DNA from: Chiloscyllium plagiosum
Taxonomy: Eukaryota
Assembly (NCBI RefSeq): GCF_004010195.1
Contig: NC_057751.1
Coordinates: 6,998,133-7,062,132 of the forward strand
Length of the DNA: 64,000 nt
Direction: 5' to 3'
Positions 50,090 to 62,147 of the stretch are shown piece by piece. A program made the translations under genes and the position numbers. The notes under the pieces are model-generated. The model saw only the letters and a list, made by a program, of their open reading frames with translations. It did not search any database and was not told the origin of the DNA. How positions within the stretch are numbered: the stretch's first letter is position 1; every line of letters begins with the position of its first letter.

Positions 50090-50220
50090 CTGATGAAGGA
50101 TTAAGCCTGAAACGTCAACCTTTTCGCTCCCCAGATGCTGCCTGACCTGCTGTCCTTTTTCCAGCACCACACTTTATTGACTCTGACTTCTCCAGCATCT
50201 ATAGACCTCACTGTCTCCTA
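50090..50220 (+). mobile_element. Hammerhead-bearing PLE-end mini-element (family B)
   Basis: Starts exactly at CTGATGAAGGATTAAGCCTGAAACGTC, then gatgctgcctgacctgctgt...ccagcatct...ctcactgtctcc. Confidence 0.8.
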
Positions 50221-51369
50221 GCTTGTCAGGGACACCATGGAGTGAGGTAGATTGTGAATGAGTTGAGTTCAGTAAGGTGTGCTCAAACTTAAGGTGAGAA
50301 GCTCCCAAAACAACTTGCACAATTCTCCTTGAAGAAAGTAATGTTTAGCCCACTTTTAAATTATCTTTAATTGGCACCACCTCCACACAGTTCACTAACA
50401 ATGCTAAGTCACAGTAGTGTGTACTACCTATAAGATGCATTGCAGAAATTCACCTCAGATGAAGGTGGATTAGGCAGCACCTTCCAAATCCATGACCACT
50501 TTGATCTCGAGGGACAAGTGCAGCAGAAACATGAGAATGCCACCACCTGAAAGTTCACTTCTGAGCCACTCACACTTGGAAATATATCACCATTCCTTCA
50601 CTGTTGCTGGGTCAATATCCTGGAATTCCCTTCATAATGGCATTGCTGATCAACCCACAACTAAATTATTCAATTATTAAATTAAATAATTTAGCTCAGT
50701 GCTCAGCAACAAGGATGAATGTTCTTCTAAGAAGTGACTTGTTGATTTGTTTTGTTCCTTGTCTGTCTCTGCTGTGTCCTAACAAGACCCATGACTTGTT
50801 GGCAGACACTTGCTGACAACAAATCCCTCTGCACTGGTGACGATTACTCGTGTGTGACAATTAATCATCATTTTTCGGAAGACTACTTCAGAAGGCTGAT
50901 GGAGCTGAGTCCCATTATCTCCACAGTTAACGCTCACCACCATCGGCAGTGATGATCACTCACTAACGACTGTGATTGTCCTTCGCGGAGATTCTGTGTC
51001 ACGCTGGTCATGGGTTCTCTGGTCCTTGCATAGCTGATGAGCCCAATCTGAGAGCCACATTTCCACCCACACATTTGGCAGGTGTTTCCGGGAGTTGGAA
51101 TTGGTCTTGTCCTTGAGATTGCTTGCGTTACTTTTTCAGGTTCCTTTTCCGTACTTCTTCTTCCTCCTAATGTGTGTTTCTCACAGAATTATGCCCCTTC
51201 ACACAGGTGGTACCTCCAAGTCAGTTTCTCCCTAACTAGAGTCTCCCATGCATTCACATCTGTGTTACATTTCCTGAGGGAAGCCTTCAGAGAGTCTTTG
51301 AAAGACCTCCTTTGTCCTCCTCTCTGAAGGTTAATTCTGGGTACAGAGGGAATTTTCTGTAATGAAGGT

Positions 51370-52022
51370 TGAGTGTTTTGGGTCTGTACTCATTCGAGTT
51401 TAGACAAATGAGAGGTGACCTTACTGAAACATATGAGATTCTTAGCAGACTTGATGGTGTTCATGTAGAGAGGTTGTTTCTCCTTGTGGGAGAGCCCAGG
51501 TCCAGAGGGCATAATCGCTGAGTAAGGGTGAAATTACTGTACAGAGGCTGGATCCCGTCACCATGTCATGCTTTATTTGCATGTGCCCTGTGCATGGCTG
51601 TCATCACTCAGCTCAGAGGAACCCTTTTGAATCTCCTGTTTACACGTCAGCTTGGGCTCCCTGATTGGCCCATGTTATCAGCCCCAAACAAGGATCTCAT
51701 ATTCAATGAGACCCACGCTGGCCATGGTACCAGTCACGACAAAGGAGTCACCCATCTAAGATAGCAATGAGGAGGAATTTCTTCTCATAGAGGGTAGTGA
51801 ATCACTGGAATTCTTTACCACAGAGGGCTTTGGAGGTGGGGTCATTAAGTCTATTCAAGGCTGAGACAAACATCTTTTTAAGCTGTCAGGAAATCAAGGG
51901 ATTTGGGGAATAGGTCAGAAAGTGGAGTTGAAGATCATCAAAATAGCTATATATCATTGAATGACATAGCAAGCCGTTGGGCTGAATTGCATACCTCTGC
52001 ACTTACATCCCTTGGTCTTATG
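51370..52022 (+). mobile_element. CR1 3' part, interrupted by an LTR-like piece (51529-51741)
   Basis: RGDLTETYEIL...RLFLLVGEPRSRGHN, followed by a CR1 3' UTR. Confidence 0.8.
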
Positions 52023-52224
52023 ACTGAGAGATTCTTTTGGTATGCACTTATATGATTGTAGTATCATCAAATCCAGAAAAAAATTCACAAGTAGGCAAAA
52101 TTTATATTAGGTCCATTGCAACTTCCCTTTCACAACTGTATCCCAGTTTCCTAATTTTTGTACTCACCCTTTTGTGTCAAGACATTGTGCACATCTGACT
52201 TTCTGACTGAAGTGTTCACAGACT

Positions 52225-52555
52225 TGTAGTCTCTGACAGCATGGTCCATGCTGACCAAAATGTCCATCCACACTCACCCTATTTCTCTGCACTTGGCCTA
52301 TATCCTTCTAAACCTTTCTTATCCGTGTATTTATCCAAATGCTTGTCGTTCATGTGCACGCCTCAACCACTTCCGCTGGCAGCTCATTCCATATGCGTAC
52401 CATCCTCTGTGTAAAAGCATTGCCACTCAGGTTTCCTTTTATTCTTGCCCCTCTAACCTTAAACTGATGCCCTGTCATCCTCGATTCCCCAACCCTGGGA
52501 AACAGACTGAGTGCATTCACCCTGTCCATGCCTCTCATGATCTTATACACTTCTA
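52225..52555 (-). mobile_element. CR1 3' end
   Basis: YKIMRGMDRVNALSLFPRVGESRMTGHQFKVRG...FTQRMVRIWNELP. Confidence 0.88.
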
Positions 52556-52877
52556 CCAGTTTATGTCAAAAAAACATTTTCAATTTGAAGAAATCCAGCA
52601 AGGAAGGTTCACATCGATGCAGAAAAGATCAAAGCTTTTCAGTGATTCTCAATGTGCTTCAGAAGCCACACGTCAGTTTGAATTGCACTATGAGGAAAAT
52701 TCAGCAGCAAGATCTTACTGAGGTGATGAAGCTGTCAACCAGGTGGATGTTATATTTGCCAGGAGAGGAATATTCACCAGGGCTGTGGGCGATCTCCCTG
52801 CTTCCCTTTGTATAATGTCACTGTATCTTTCACATTCACGTAAATGATATTATCAATTTTCTGACAGAGACTACTCT

Positions 52878-53001
52878 CTGACGAAGGGCTTATGCCCGAA
52901 ACATCGATTCTCATGCTCCTCGGAGGCTGCCTGACCTGCTGTGCTTTTCCAGCACCATGCTTTCAACTCTGATCTCCTGCATTTGCTGTCCTCACTTTCT
53001 T
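52878..53001 (+). mobile_element. Hammerhead-bearing PLE-end mini-element (family B)
   Basis: CTGACGA-A-GGGC-TTAT-GCCC-GAAA-CA-TC/GATT with a perfect stem II. Flanks gactactctctg and gactaccctctg form a degenerate TSD. Confidence 0.82.
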
Positions 53002-56000
53002 CGAGGGACTACCCTCTGTCAATGCAGCAATTTCCCAGTGAGCCAAAGTTTTGCACGCTCAGTACTTTTGTTGTACCTGAACCTGAGCAAACAGGTGATT
53101 TCAGATAACAAGCACACAAGCTGTGGGCTGAATGGCTTTGTTTTGTTCTGGAAATCCGATGATTTTTGTAACAACTTACCTGGAGGACATCCAAACTATT
53201 TGCTGCAGTGGAAGTGAAAATGCCAAATTTTTATTTTGTTCACAAAAGCGAAAGAGAACAATGAAATGTCAGTTTAAATCCGGCTACAGGACTGAGAGAC
53301 AATGATGTGCTCTAATTTTCAATTACAACTTTTAAACTTTAATCACTGCATCTGAGAAAAAAAAATGCATTGCTTTTTTTTTGATACAGAATGGGTATAT
53401 CAGAGGCAATCTGATAAAGCTTTCTTCATTGAATTTTGTGTAGAATTTGAGGACCATTATCTGCTGGCTAAATCCATCATTCTAAAGCTAGAACTCTGTC
53501 TTGTAATTTAAATGCATATTAGCATTTCAGGAACCGTGTCTGATGGGAAAAATAATTCATCGGAAGTGTGCATGCAATTTCTGGTGTAGACACAAAAGCC
53601 CGAAATGTATTCAGAAAGGCTGAATATTGCCACAGATAATGAAGCATGTGCTCAAGGACTTGAAATAAATTCCTTGTTAGATCATTTTCTTTTCCAAATC
53701 TTATGCTAATCTGAGTGGGTGATGTTTGTGCTGGGGGAATGGAACATTCCCTGTTTGAAGAACTCAACATCACTGCCAGCACAAATAATCACATTTTGCA
53801 TTTCAGAGTACAGCTCCCTTTCTGTTGTCCTGTCAGTCAGGTTAGATACAGCTCAGCTGTCTTGACACTGCCCCGGGACAGACACAGCATATTTGCAGAG
53901 TAAAAACCTTCTATACCTCAGTTTTTCAACATGTGGCCCTCTGGCCAGAATCCAGCCAAGAGTTTCTATCCAATTTTCCAAGCCCCAACAAACCAGTGTC
54001 CAAAATTCTCCTTCGCAAAAGTAAACATATTATTAAGCTGCAGAGTTTTCAGGAGAGATTTGCCAGGATGTTGCCATGTATGGCAGGTTTGAGTTTTAAA
54101 AATGTCTGGAGAGGCTGGGACATATTTCACTGGAGCATACGAGGTTGAGAGGTGACCTTATAGAAGTTTATAGAAGTACAAAATTCTGAAAGGAGCTGCT
54201 CTTCCAATGACAAGCTGTTTCTAACACATGTTTGCTGCTGATGGGCTCACTGCTGAGAGGGAGAGTACAAATCTGTGACTGGATGAGCTGTGAGGAGTGC
54301 ACATTGGTAAGCAGCATTAGAACTGGTGTGGAAGAGGACAGATTGTTCGGTGTGAATGAAGTTTGCCCTGTGGATTTTTTTTTTTCAAAGGCTTCGCTTA
54401 AAGACACACTTCCACTAGATGGAGGACAATGTACATGGATATACAGGTTGAGAACATTGCACACCTCCATCAGAACAGAGTGACAGAGTGGCAGCTTCCT
54501 GTCATCAAGATGGGGTACTGTCCACATATCGGCAAGTTAGAAGCTCTGAAGCTTCCCTGGTGATATTAAATATTCTGGTCATGAAGGCTTTATTCGTCCA
54601 GCGCACAAGATTAAGCCCGCCACCCATCCAATTGCAGTAAATATTCTATCATTTGAATGCAAATGTGATTGTTCCAGAAAAATTACATCTTGAAGTCTTA
54701 TGTGCGCAATTTGTTTTAAAATAGATACTGTATGTGATGTCATCTGTGCATACTCAGAGAAATGCCAGCAGTTAAAAGATCTTGTGCAAGACGGCGACAC
54801 ATTTGTGTTTGTCCACGCTTCCTTGGCAGCTATCTTCATGGCACCATGCTTTGGGAAGACAAACTCCATTTTTGGTTAAACTAAACCCCGATTAACCTCT
54901 TATCCAAAGCAGCCTCTTGCAGCTTAAATCTCTGCCCCTCAGCTCAGTAACCTCCTTCATGGTGGTCACCACTTCATTCCCATCTCATAAAGTACTTGGT
55001 GAAAACAAATGGCAGAACATATTCCAAAAGATTAGGAATAGGCCATTTGGCCCTTCCAGCCCGTTTCTACAGTTTATGAAGATCACGACTGACCTGGTTG
55101 AGGTCAGAAAAACTACAACTACTTATCTGCACTCCTGTAACCCTTGACTTTTTGTCACTCAAAAATCTATCTCACGCAGCCTTGAATAAAGTTATTGACC
55201 CAGTTTAAATAAACAACCCTTCATTGCCTTCAACTGACATATCAATTGGATTAAATCATAAATCATCATAAAATGTTTGAGGCAACATTTCAGAAAAGTA
55301 TTATCTCTTACTAAATTACAGAGCAGCTCACCAGGAACACAAAGCCATACAAACATTAGATTTTTACATCAATTTCTGGAATCATTGGTGAATTGAAGAT
55401 TTAAATTCACAACTGGAAGATGACAGGCAGTTGATCCAGCAGGCTGTATTGTTCATTGTGTCTGCAGCTATATTTTTGAAAGGTGAAACTGATTCTTTGC
55501 AAGTTTCAATGAAAACATTAACTATTTCTCCTTTGTGGAACGCTTACTTTACAGTGACACAGTTATCTCAGCCGTGAACCATTCCAATCCAACATACGTT
55601 AGAAACAGAATAAAGTTTCCACTGTCCCCTTGTTTCCAATTTCTTTTGACCCATCTTTAGCCATTGCTGAAAACCAATTTAGTCTTCTTATCAAGGGAAT
55701 GTAAGACTGAAACGACAAGTGCACCTTTGCATCAACCAGCCAGTGTTAATCTTCTATTAAACAGGCTTTTTGGACTTTAGCTAACTTGCAAAGTGTTACA
55801 GGTATTTGGAGGTTCTACTTTTAAGTCATTCTGAAGTTTGGTTGATGATCCTGCAATAATGTTGACTGTACCATGTGCACAAGTTAACAATTGATGGGAA
55901 AGCAAATAACTTTCAAATGCTTGTTTTGATGATTACTTTCAGGGTAGGAACTTGATATTGTTTTTGCAATTGGGAGCTTGTGTAGATGCTGTGCATCTAA

Positions 56001-56609
56001 GTGATTACAGTTGCTGGTGATATTTAATTCTCACAGACCAGCAAGATCCATGTATGGATTTCCAATCTCCATTTCAGCAGAAAATGTGTTCAATTCTGGA
56101 TGACTTTGCTGATTGATTGGTAAAGGAAATAACCTAAGTTTCCACACACACTTTTCTTCATCTTGTTCATCCAAATGTAATCTAAGTTTCACTGCATTCT
56201 CATGCATTATGCTTCCAATGTTCACTGACATAAAGAAAGATTTACTGTGCTGGAGAAGTGCTGCAACAGCTGAGGGTGAATTGTCTTACTTTTGTAAAAG
56301 TACTACCTTTTAATTTGATCCTTTCTACGAATTAGTGGGGTGGAGAGTTTGGGAGGGGGGGGAGGGGGTGGGGAGGAATGTAGGGTTACAAAGCAACAGG
56401 ATATGGCAGCATGACAGGGCAACTATTTGGATAACAATACCCAGAGGAGGACAGGAAGGGTAGAATGCACAAAAAGAGAAAATGGAATATGAGGGGAAAA
56501 CTAGTAAAAATTGATAATTCTTTATTTAAGAAGTATTCAGAACAAAATAAATGAATTCATAGAATCTATGGAATCCTGCTGAGACTGAGTCATGAATAAG
56601 GATGTTATT

Positions 56610-57250
56610 GCTCTCAAGGGAAGGAGCAAAGGTTTACCATTTCATTCTGGGGGTGGTGGGACTGACGTATGAGGAGAGATCGACGAGGTTAGGATTGTTT
56701 TTGCAAGAGTTCAGACGAGTGAGAGGGGACCTCATAGATACTTATAAAATTCCAACAGGACTAGATGCACGGACGATGTTCCCGTTGGTGGGTGTATCGA
56801 GAACCAGCGGTCACTGTGTGAGGATTCGAGGTTGGACGGAGATGAGGAGACATTTCTTCACCCAAAGGGTGGTGAACCTTGGAACTCATCGCCACAGGAA
56901 GTAGTTGATGCCAGAACATTGAATGTATTCAAGAGGCAGCGAGATACAGCACTTGGGGCGAATGGGATCAAAGATAACGGGGAGAAAGAAGGGTTAGGCA
57001 ATTGGGTTGGATGATCAGCTATGATTGTGATGAATGGCAGAGCAGGCTCAAAGGGCCGAATGGTCTCTTTCTGCTCTATGTATATTCAAGGCTGAGGTAG
57101 ACAGATTTTTATTCAATAAGGGAGTCAAGGCTTGTGGGAAAAAGTGAAAGTGGAGTTGAGGATCAGAACAGCCATGATCTCATTGAATGGCAGACACAAT
57201 GGGCTGAATGACTGCCTTCACCTCTGCTGTTTTGTGGTCATATGGTCTTA
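56610..57250 (+). mobile_element. CR1 3' ends (two adjacent termini)
   Basis: GLTYEERSTRLGLF..EFRRVRGDLIDTYKI...HFFTQRVVNL, followed by two 3' UTR blocks. Confidence 0.85.
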
Positions 57251-57629
57251 TCCCTAAATGGCTGACCTCTAAATTTCAGATTATGGCTTGGTCTGGTTTA
57301 AAGAAATTCGTTTTCTGCAGTTACTTTGCATCATATGAAATACTTCAATTAGGTCACTTTCAATTTTCTGAATTCAAGGATCTAGACCATTGGAGAGTCT
57401 TCATTTAAACATTTACCTCTGAATTTAACCCTTTACATCTCAGTGTCTTTCTGTTCAATCCAGGCTATATACCTTCATGACCCATTTCTTTGCCTGAAGT
57501 TTACTTCCAAAATTGAACACAAATCCCCAGCTGTGATCTGACTAAGTCTTTGTACAACTGAAGTTTTCACTTACATCCTTTCACTGATACACTCTAACTC
57601 CCATGTGGAAAATTTACCAGGTGAATACA

Positions 57630-58157
57630 TACAACATAGAACAGTACAGCGCAGTTCAGGCCCTTCGGCTCTTGATGTTGTGCTGACCTTTTGTCCTACT
57701 CTGAGATCAAACTAACCATCATACCCTTCAAGTTAAAATCCAAGAATCACTTAAGTGTCACAAATGTATCTGACTCTACGACAACTGCTGGCAGTGCATT
57801 CCATGCACCCACCACTCTCTGTGCAGAGACCCTACCTCTGATATCTCCCCGAAACGTCCTCCAATCACGTTAAAATTATACCCTCCTGTGATAGCCATTT
57901 CTGCCCTGGGAAAAAGTCTCTGACTCTTTACTGTATCTATGCCTCTCATCATGTTGTACACCTCTATCAAGTCACCTGTCACCCTTCTTTGCTCCAATGA
58001 GAACAGCCCCAGCTTCCTCAACGTTTCTTCATAAGACATACCCTCCAGTCCAGGCAGCATCCTGGTAAGTCTCCTCTGCACCCTCTCTAAAGCTTCCACA
58101 TCTTTCCTCTAATGAGGCGACTAGAACTGAACACAATATTCCAAGTGTGGTCTAACC
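57630..58157 (-). mobile_element. CR1 3' end
   Basis: EALERVQRRLTRMLPGLEGMSYEETLRKLGLFSLE, with an acatagaaca tail. Confidence 0.9.
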
Positions 58158-59410
58158 GGTTGGAATACTATGGTTCTCAGAGTTCTCACGCGTGTCGTTG
58201 CTTGTCTTGTCCTCGGATGGATGTGTTGTCCCAGTCAAAGTGGTGTCCTTCCTCATCCATATGTAAGGATACTAGTGAGAGAGGGTCATGTCTTTTTGTG
58301 GCTAGTTGATGTTCATGTATCCTGGTGGCTAGTTTTCTGCCTGTTTGTCCAATGTCGTGTTTGTTACTTGCACGGTATTTTGTAAATGACATTAGTTTTG
58401 CTCGTTGTCTGTCTAGGGCTTTTCAAGTTCATTAGCTGTTGTTTTAGTGTGTTGGTGGGTTTTGTGGGCTACCATGATGCCAAGGGGTCTGAATAGTCTG
58501 GCAGTCATTTCCGAGATGTCTTTGATGTAAGGGAGAGTGGCTAGGATTTCTGGTCGTGTTTTGTCTACTTGTTTGGGTTTGTTGCTCAGAAATCGGCGGA
58601 CTGTGTTCATTGGGTACCCGTTCTTTTTGAATACACGGTATCGGTGATTTTCCTCTGTTCTACGTAGTTGGGTGTTGGGATGGTTGCTTCTGTACAGACC
58701 CACCCACAAACGAAGCTGCATCAAACATTATATCAACGAGCCAACACACAATGCAGTACAGAGGAATTACGTCAAAGACATCTTGGAAATGACTGCCAGA
58801 GTACTCAGACCCCTTGGTATCATGGTAGCCCACAAACCCACCAACACACTAAAACAGCAGCTAATGAACTTGAAAGGCCCTAGACAGACAACGAGCAAAA
58901 CTAATGTCATTTACAAAATACTGTGCAAGGACTATAACAAACACTACATTGGACAAACATGCACAAAACTAGCCACCAGGATACATGAACACCAATTAGC
59001 CACAAAAAGACATGACCCTCTCTCACTGGTATCTTCACATACGGATGAGGAAGGACACCACTTTGACTGGGACAACACATCCATCCTAGGACAAGCCAAA
59101 CAAAGACACACATGAGAATTCCTCGAAGCATAACATGCCAACCTGAATTCTATCAACAAACACACTGAGTTAGACCCCATCTACCACCCCCTGAGAAAAG
59201 GAACAGGAAGTGACTTCACCACAGGAAATGACATCACCAACCCAAACATATAAATAGAAAGCAGGAATTTTCAGCATTGCTTCACCTGAGGCCTACTGAA
59301 AATGTTACCTAGTAGGGTAACGAAAATCTGGAAATGAACCTTCCAGCTCAGCGAGCAAACCTACATCCAAAACCTCAACCTGAGCTACAAATCTTTTCAA
59401 AACTCGCTGA
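58158..59410. mobile_element. Penelope family A element with inverted structure (minus arm about 58158-58693, plus arm about 58695-59410 ending in a pseudo-LTR)
   Basis: Both arms encode the GIY-YIG region (TNVIYKILCKDYNKHYIGQT..KLATRIHEHQLATKRHDPLSL). The plus arm ends in a pLTR with decayed hammerhead CTGAAAATGTTACCTAGTAGGGTAACGAAAATC at about 59296-59328. Confidence 0.9.
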
Positions 59411-59759
59411 TAGAATTATGATCACTGGCCCAAAAGTGCTCCCCTGCTGACACCTCATTCACTTGCCCTGCCTTATTTCCCATCAGTACGTCATGTTTTG
59501 CACCTTCTCTCACAGGTATATCCACATACTAAATCAGAAAATTTTCTTATGCACACTGAATGAGTTTCTCTCTGTCTAAACACAATGGAAGTCCCAGTCT
59601 ATTTGTGGTAAGTTTAAAACCCCTACCATTACCACCATATTATTCTTACATATAAAATAAAGTGAAATGAACGGAAAATTAAAACAAAGATGCTCAGGAA
59701 TTTGATGAAGAAGAACCTTTTCATTCAAAGAGTGGAGAGAATGTGGAATTATCTGTTGG

Positions 59760-60972
59760 AATTCAAAGAAGATGTAACTAGTAAAATGTACAAGGGGGAG
59801 CCAGTCGATGTGATATATTTGGACTTTCAGAACACATAAGGAAGATTACTTTGCAAGGTTAAAGCGCATGGGATTGGGGAAAGGATATTGAGATGGATAA
59901 AAAACTAGTTGGGCATTGAGGAGACAAAGAGTAGAAATTAATCGGTCCTTTTCAAATTGATAGGCAGGAACTAGTGGTTCCACAAGGATTGGAGTTAGGA
60001 CCCCAGCTATTCACAATATATATTAATGATTTGGATGAAGGAAGAAAATGTAACATCTCAAAGTTTACAGATGATTGAGTGGGAGGGTGAACTGTGACAA
60101 GGATGCAGAGATCCTTCATGATCAGGGCAGGCTGGGTGAGTAGGCAAATCAATGACAGATGCAGAATCATTTGGATAAACATGAGGCTATTCACTTTGGA
60201 AGCAAAAACAAGGAGGCAGATTACTACCTGAATGGCTGTGAATGGCAGGGAGTGTGCAGCAGGACCTGGGTGTCCTTGTGCACCAGTCGCTGAAGGTAAG
60301 CATGCAGGTGCAGCAGATGGTTAAGAAGGCAAATGGTATGTTGGCCTTCATTGCGAGAGGTTTCGAGTACAGGAGCAGGGATGTGTTGTTGCAGTTATAT
60401 AGGACCTTAAATACCTTAAGCAGTTTTGGTCTACTTTTCTGAGGGAGGATGCTCCCGCTCTCGAGGGAGCGCAGTGAAGGTCCACCAGACTGATTCTGTG
60501 GACAGTGGGACTGACATATGAGGAGAGATTGACTCGATTAGGATTGTTTTTGCTGGAATTCAGATGAATGGGGGGGGGGATCTCATGGAGATGTATAAAA
60601 TTCTAACTGAAAGAGACAGGGTAGATGCAGCAAGGATGTTCCCTAAGGTGGGTGAATCCAGAACCAGGGGTCACAGTCTGAGGATTCAGGGTAGACCATT
60701 TAAGATGGAGATGAGGAGACATTTGTTCACCCAAAGAGTGGTGAGCAGGTGGAATTCATTACCATAAGAAGTAGTTGATGCCAAAACATTGTATGTATTC
60801 AAGAGGTGGCTGGGTATAGCACTTGGGGTGAATGGGATTAGAAGTTATGGGGAGAAAGCAGGATTAGGCTATTGAGTTGGACAATCAGCCATCATCATAC
60901 TGAATGGCAGAGCAGGCTCAAAGGACCAAGTGGCCTCCTCCTTCTCCTACCTTCAGTGTTTCTATGTTTCTA
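59760..60972 (+). mobile_element. CR1-clade LINE 3' part
   Basis: VDVIYLDFQ, VPQGLELGPQLF, QQDLGVLVHQSLKVSMQVQQ, FTQRVVSRWNSLP and tail tgtttctatgtttct. Confidence 0.9.
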
Positions 60973-61827
60973 TTAATTCCCCAAAAGGCTTGATTGAGTC
61001 TGTTGGAACTTTGACAGATTTTTATTGGTTGAGATACCAAGGAATATTTTTTCAAGATGGGTCAATGAAGTTGAGGTGAAGGCCCTCTTGTGATGCAGTG
61101 GTGGTGTCCCTACCCCTGAACTGCGAGGCCTAGTTTCAAGTTCCACTTGGTCCAGAGGTGTGTAGTAACATCTCTGAATAGGTTGATTAGAAAAAACATA
61201 GGTTGCATAAAGAAGTAAAGTTGAGCTGCAGATGAGCCAGCAACCTGCAAATGGAGGTGGCTGATTGGTCAATTCCAATTTTCCTCCTTTTAAACCCTCA
61301 TTAAGATGTGCCTCTTTCATCAAACTATTGACCAGCCCTCCTAGTCTCTATTAGCTTTGCATCCATTTTTCTATTATTCCTGTGTTGTCTGCCAGAATGA
61401 GATGAAGTCATTTTTGCCCCTCAAGAAACTTCAACATGCTGTTCACGTGCAGAATAGAATTTACTCCTGAGGTATCACCATACATTATGGTTGCCAGCAG
61501 CCAGAAGAACAGATATTGATGAGTTTCTAACATGTGGGAGAAGCCCTTAGGTCTGAGATTCAGGTTGCAAAAAGAACTAATCACTTGTTTACGTTTGAAC
61601 ACTTGTGTTGTCTTGAGGGTTACAAACCAGAACCCCACCAGGAGATTGAGAGATTGCTGAAGTGGAAATTAGCAACATTTCGTTGGTCTGAAATGAGGAT
61701 AGAAAATATTTTGTGAACTCCCCCTGAGAACACTGACTTGATATTCAGTGAAAGCAGTGAATTCAATGCAGAGACCACAAAACATTCAGAATGCTGTGAA
61801 TCAGGATTCTGAAAATGGCATTTGATC

Positions 61828-62147
61828 TTTAGATTAGATTACTTACAGTGTGGAAACAGGCCCTTCGGCCCAACAAGTCCACACCGACCCGCTGAAGCGC
61901 AACCCACCCAGACCCACTCCCCTATATTTACCCCTTCACCTAACACTACGGGCAATTTAGCATGGCCAATTCACCTGACCTGCGCATTTTTTGGATTGTG
62001 GGAGGAAACCGGAGCACCCGGAGGAAACCCAAGCAGACACGGGGAGAACGTGCAAACTCCACACAGAGAATCGCGTGAGGCGGGAATTGAACCCGGTCTC
62101 TGGCGTTGTGAGGCAGCAGTGCTAACCACTTTGCCACCGTGCCGCCC
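61828..62147 (-). mobile_element. HE1-type V-SINE, near full length
   Basis: Reverse of gggcggcacggtggcaaagtggttagcactgctgcc...gggttcaattcccgcc, V-domain and tail gtaagtaatctaatctaa. Confidence 0.94.
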
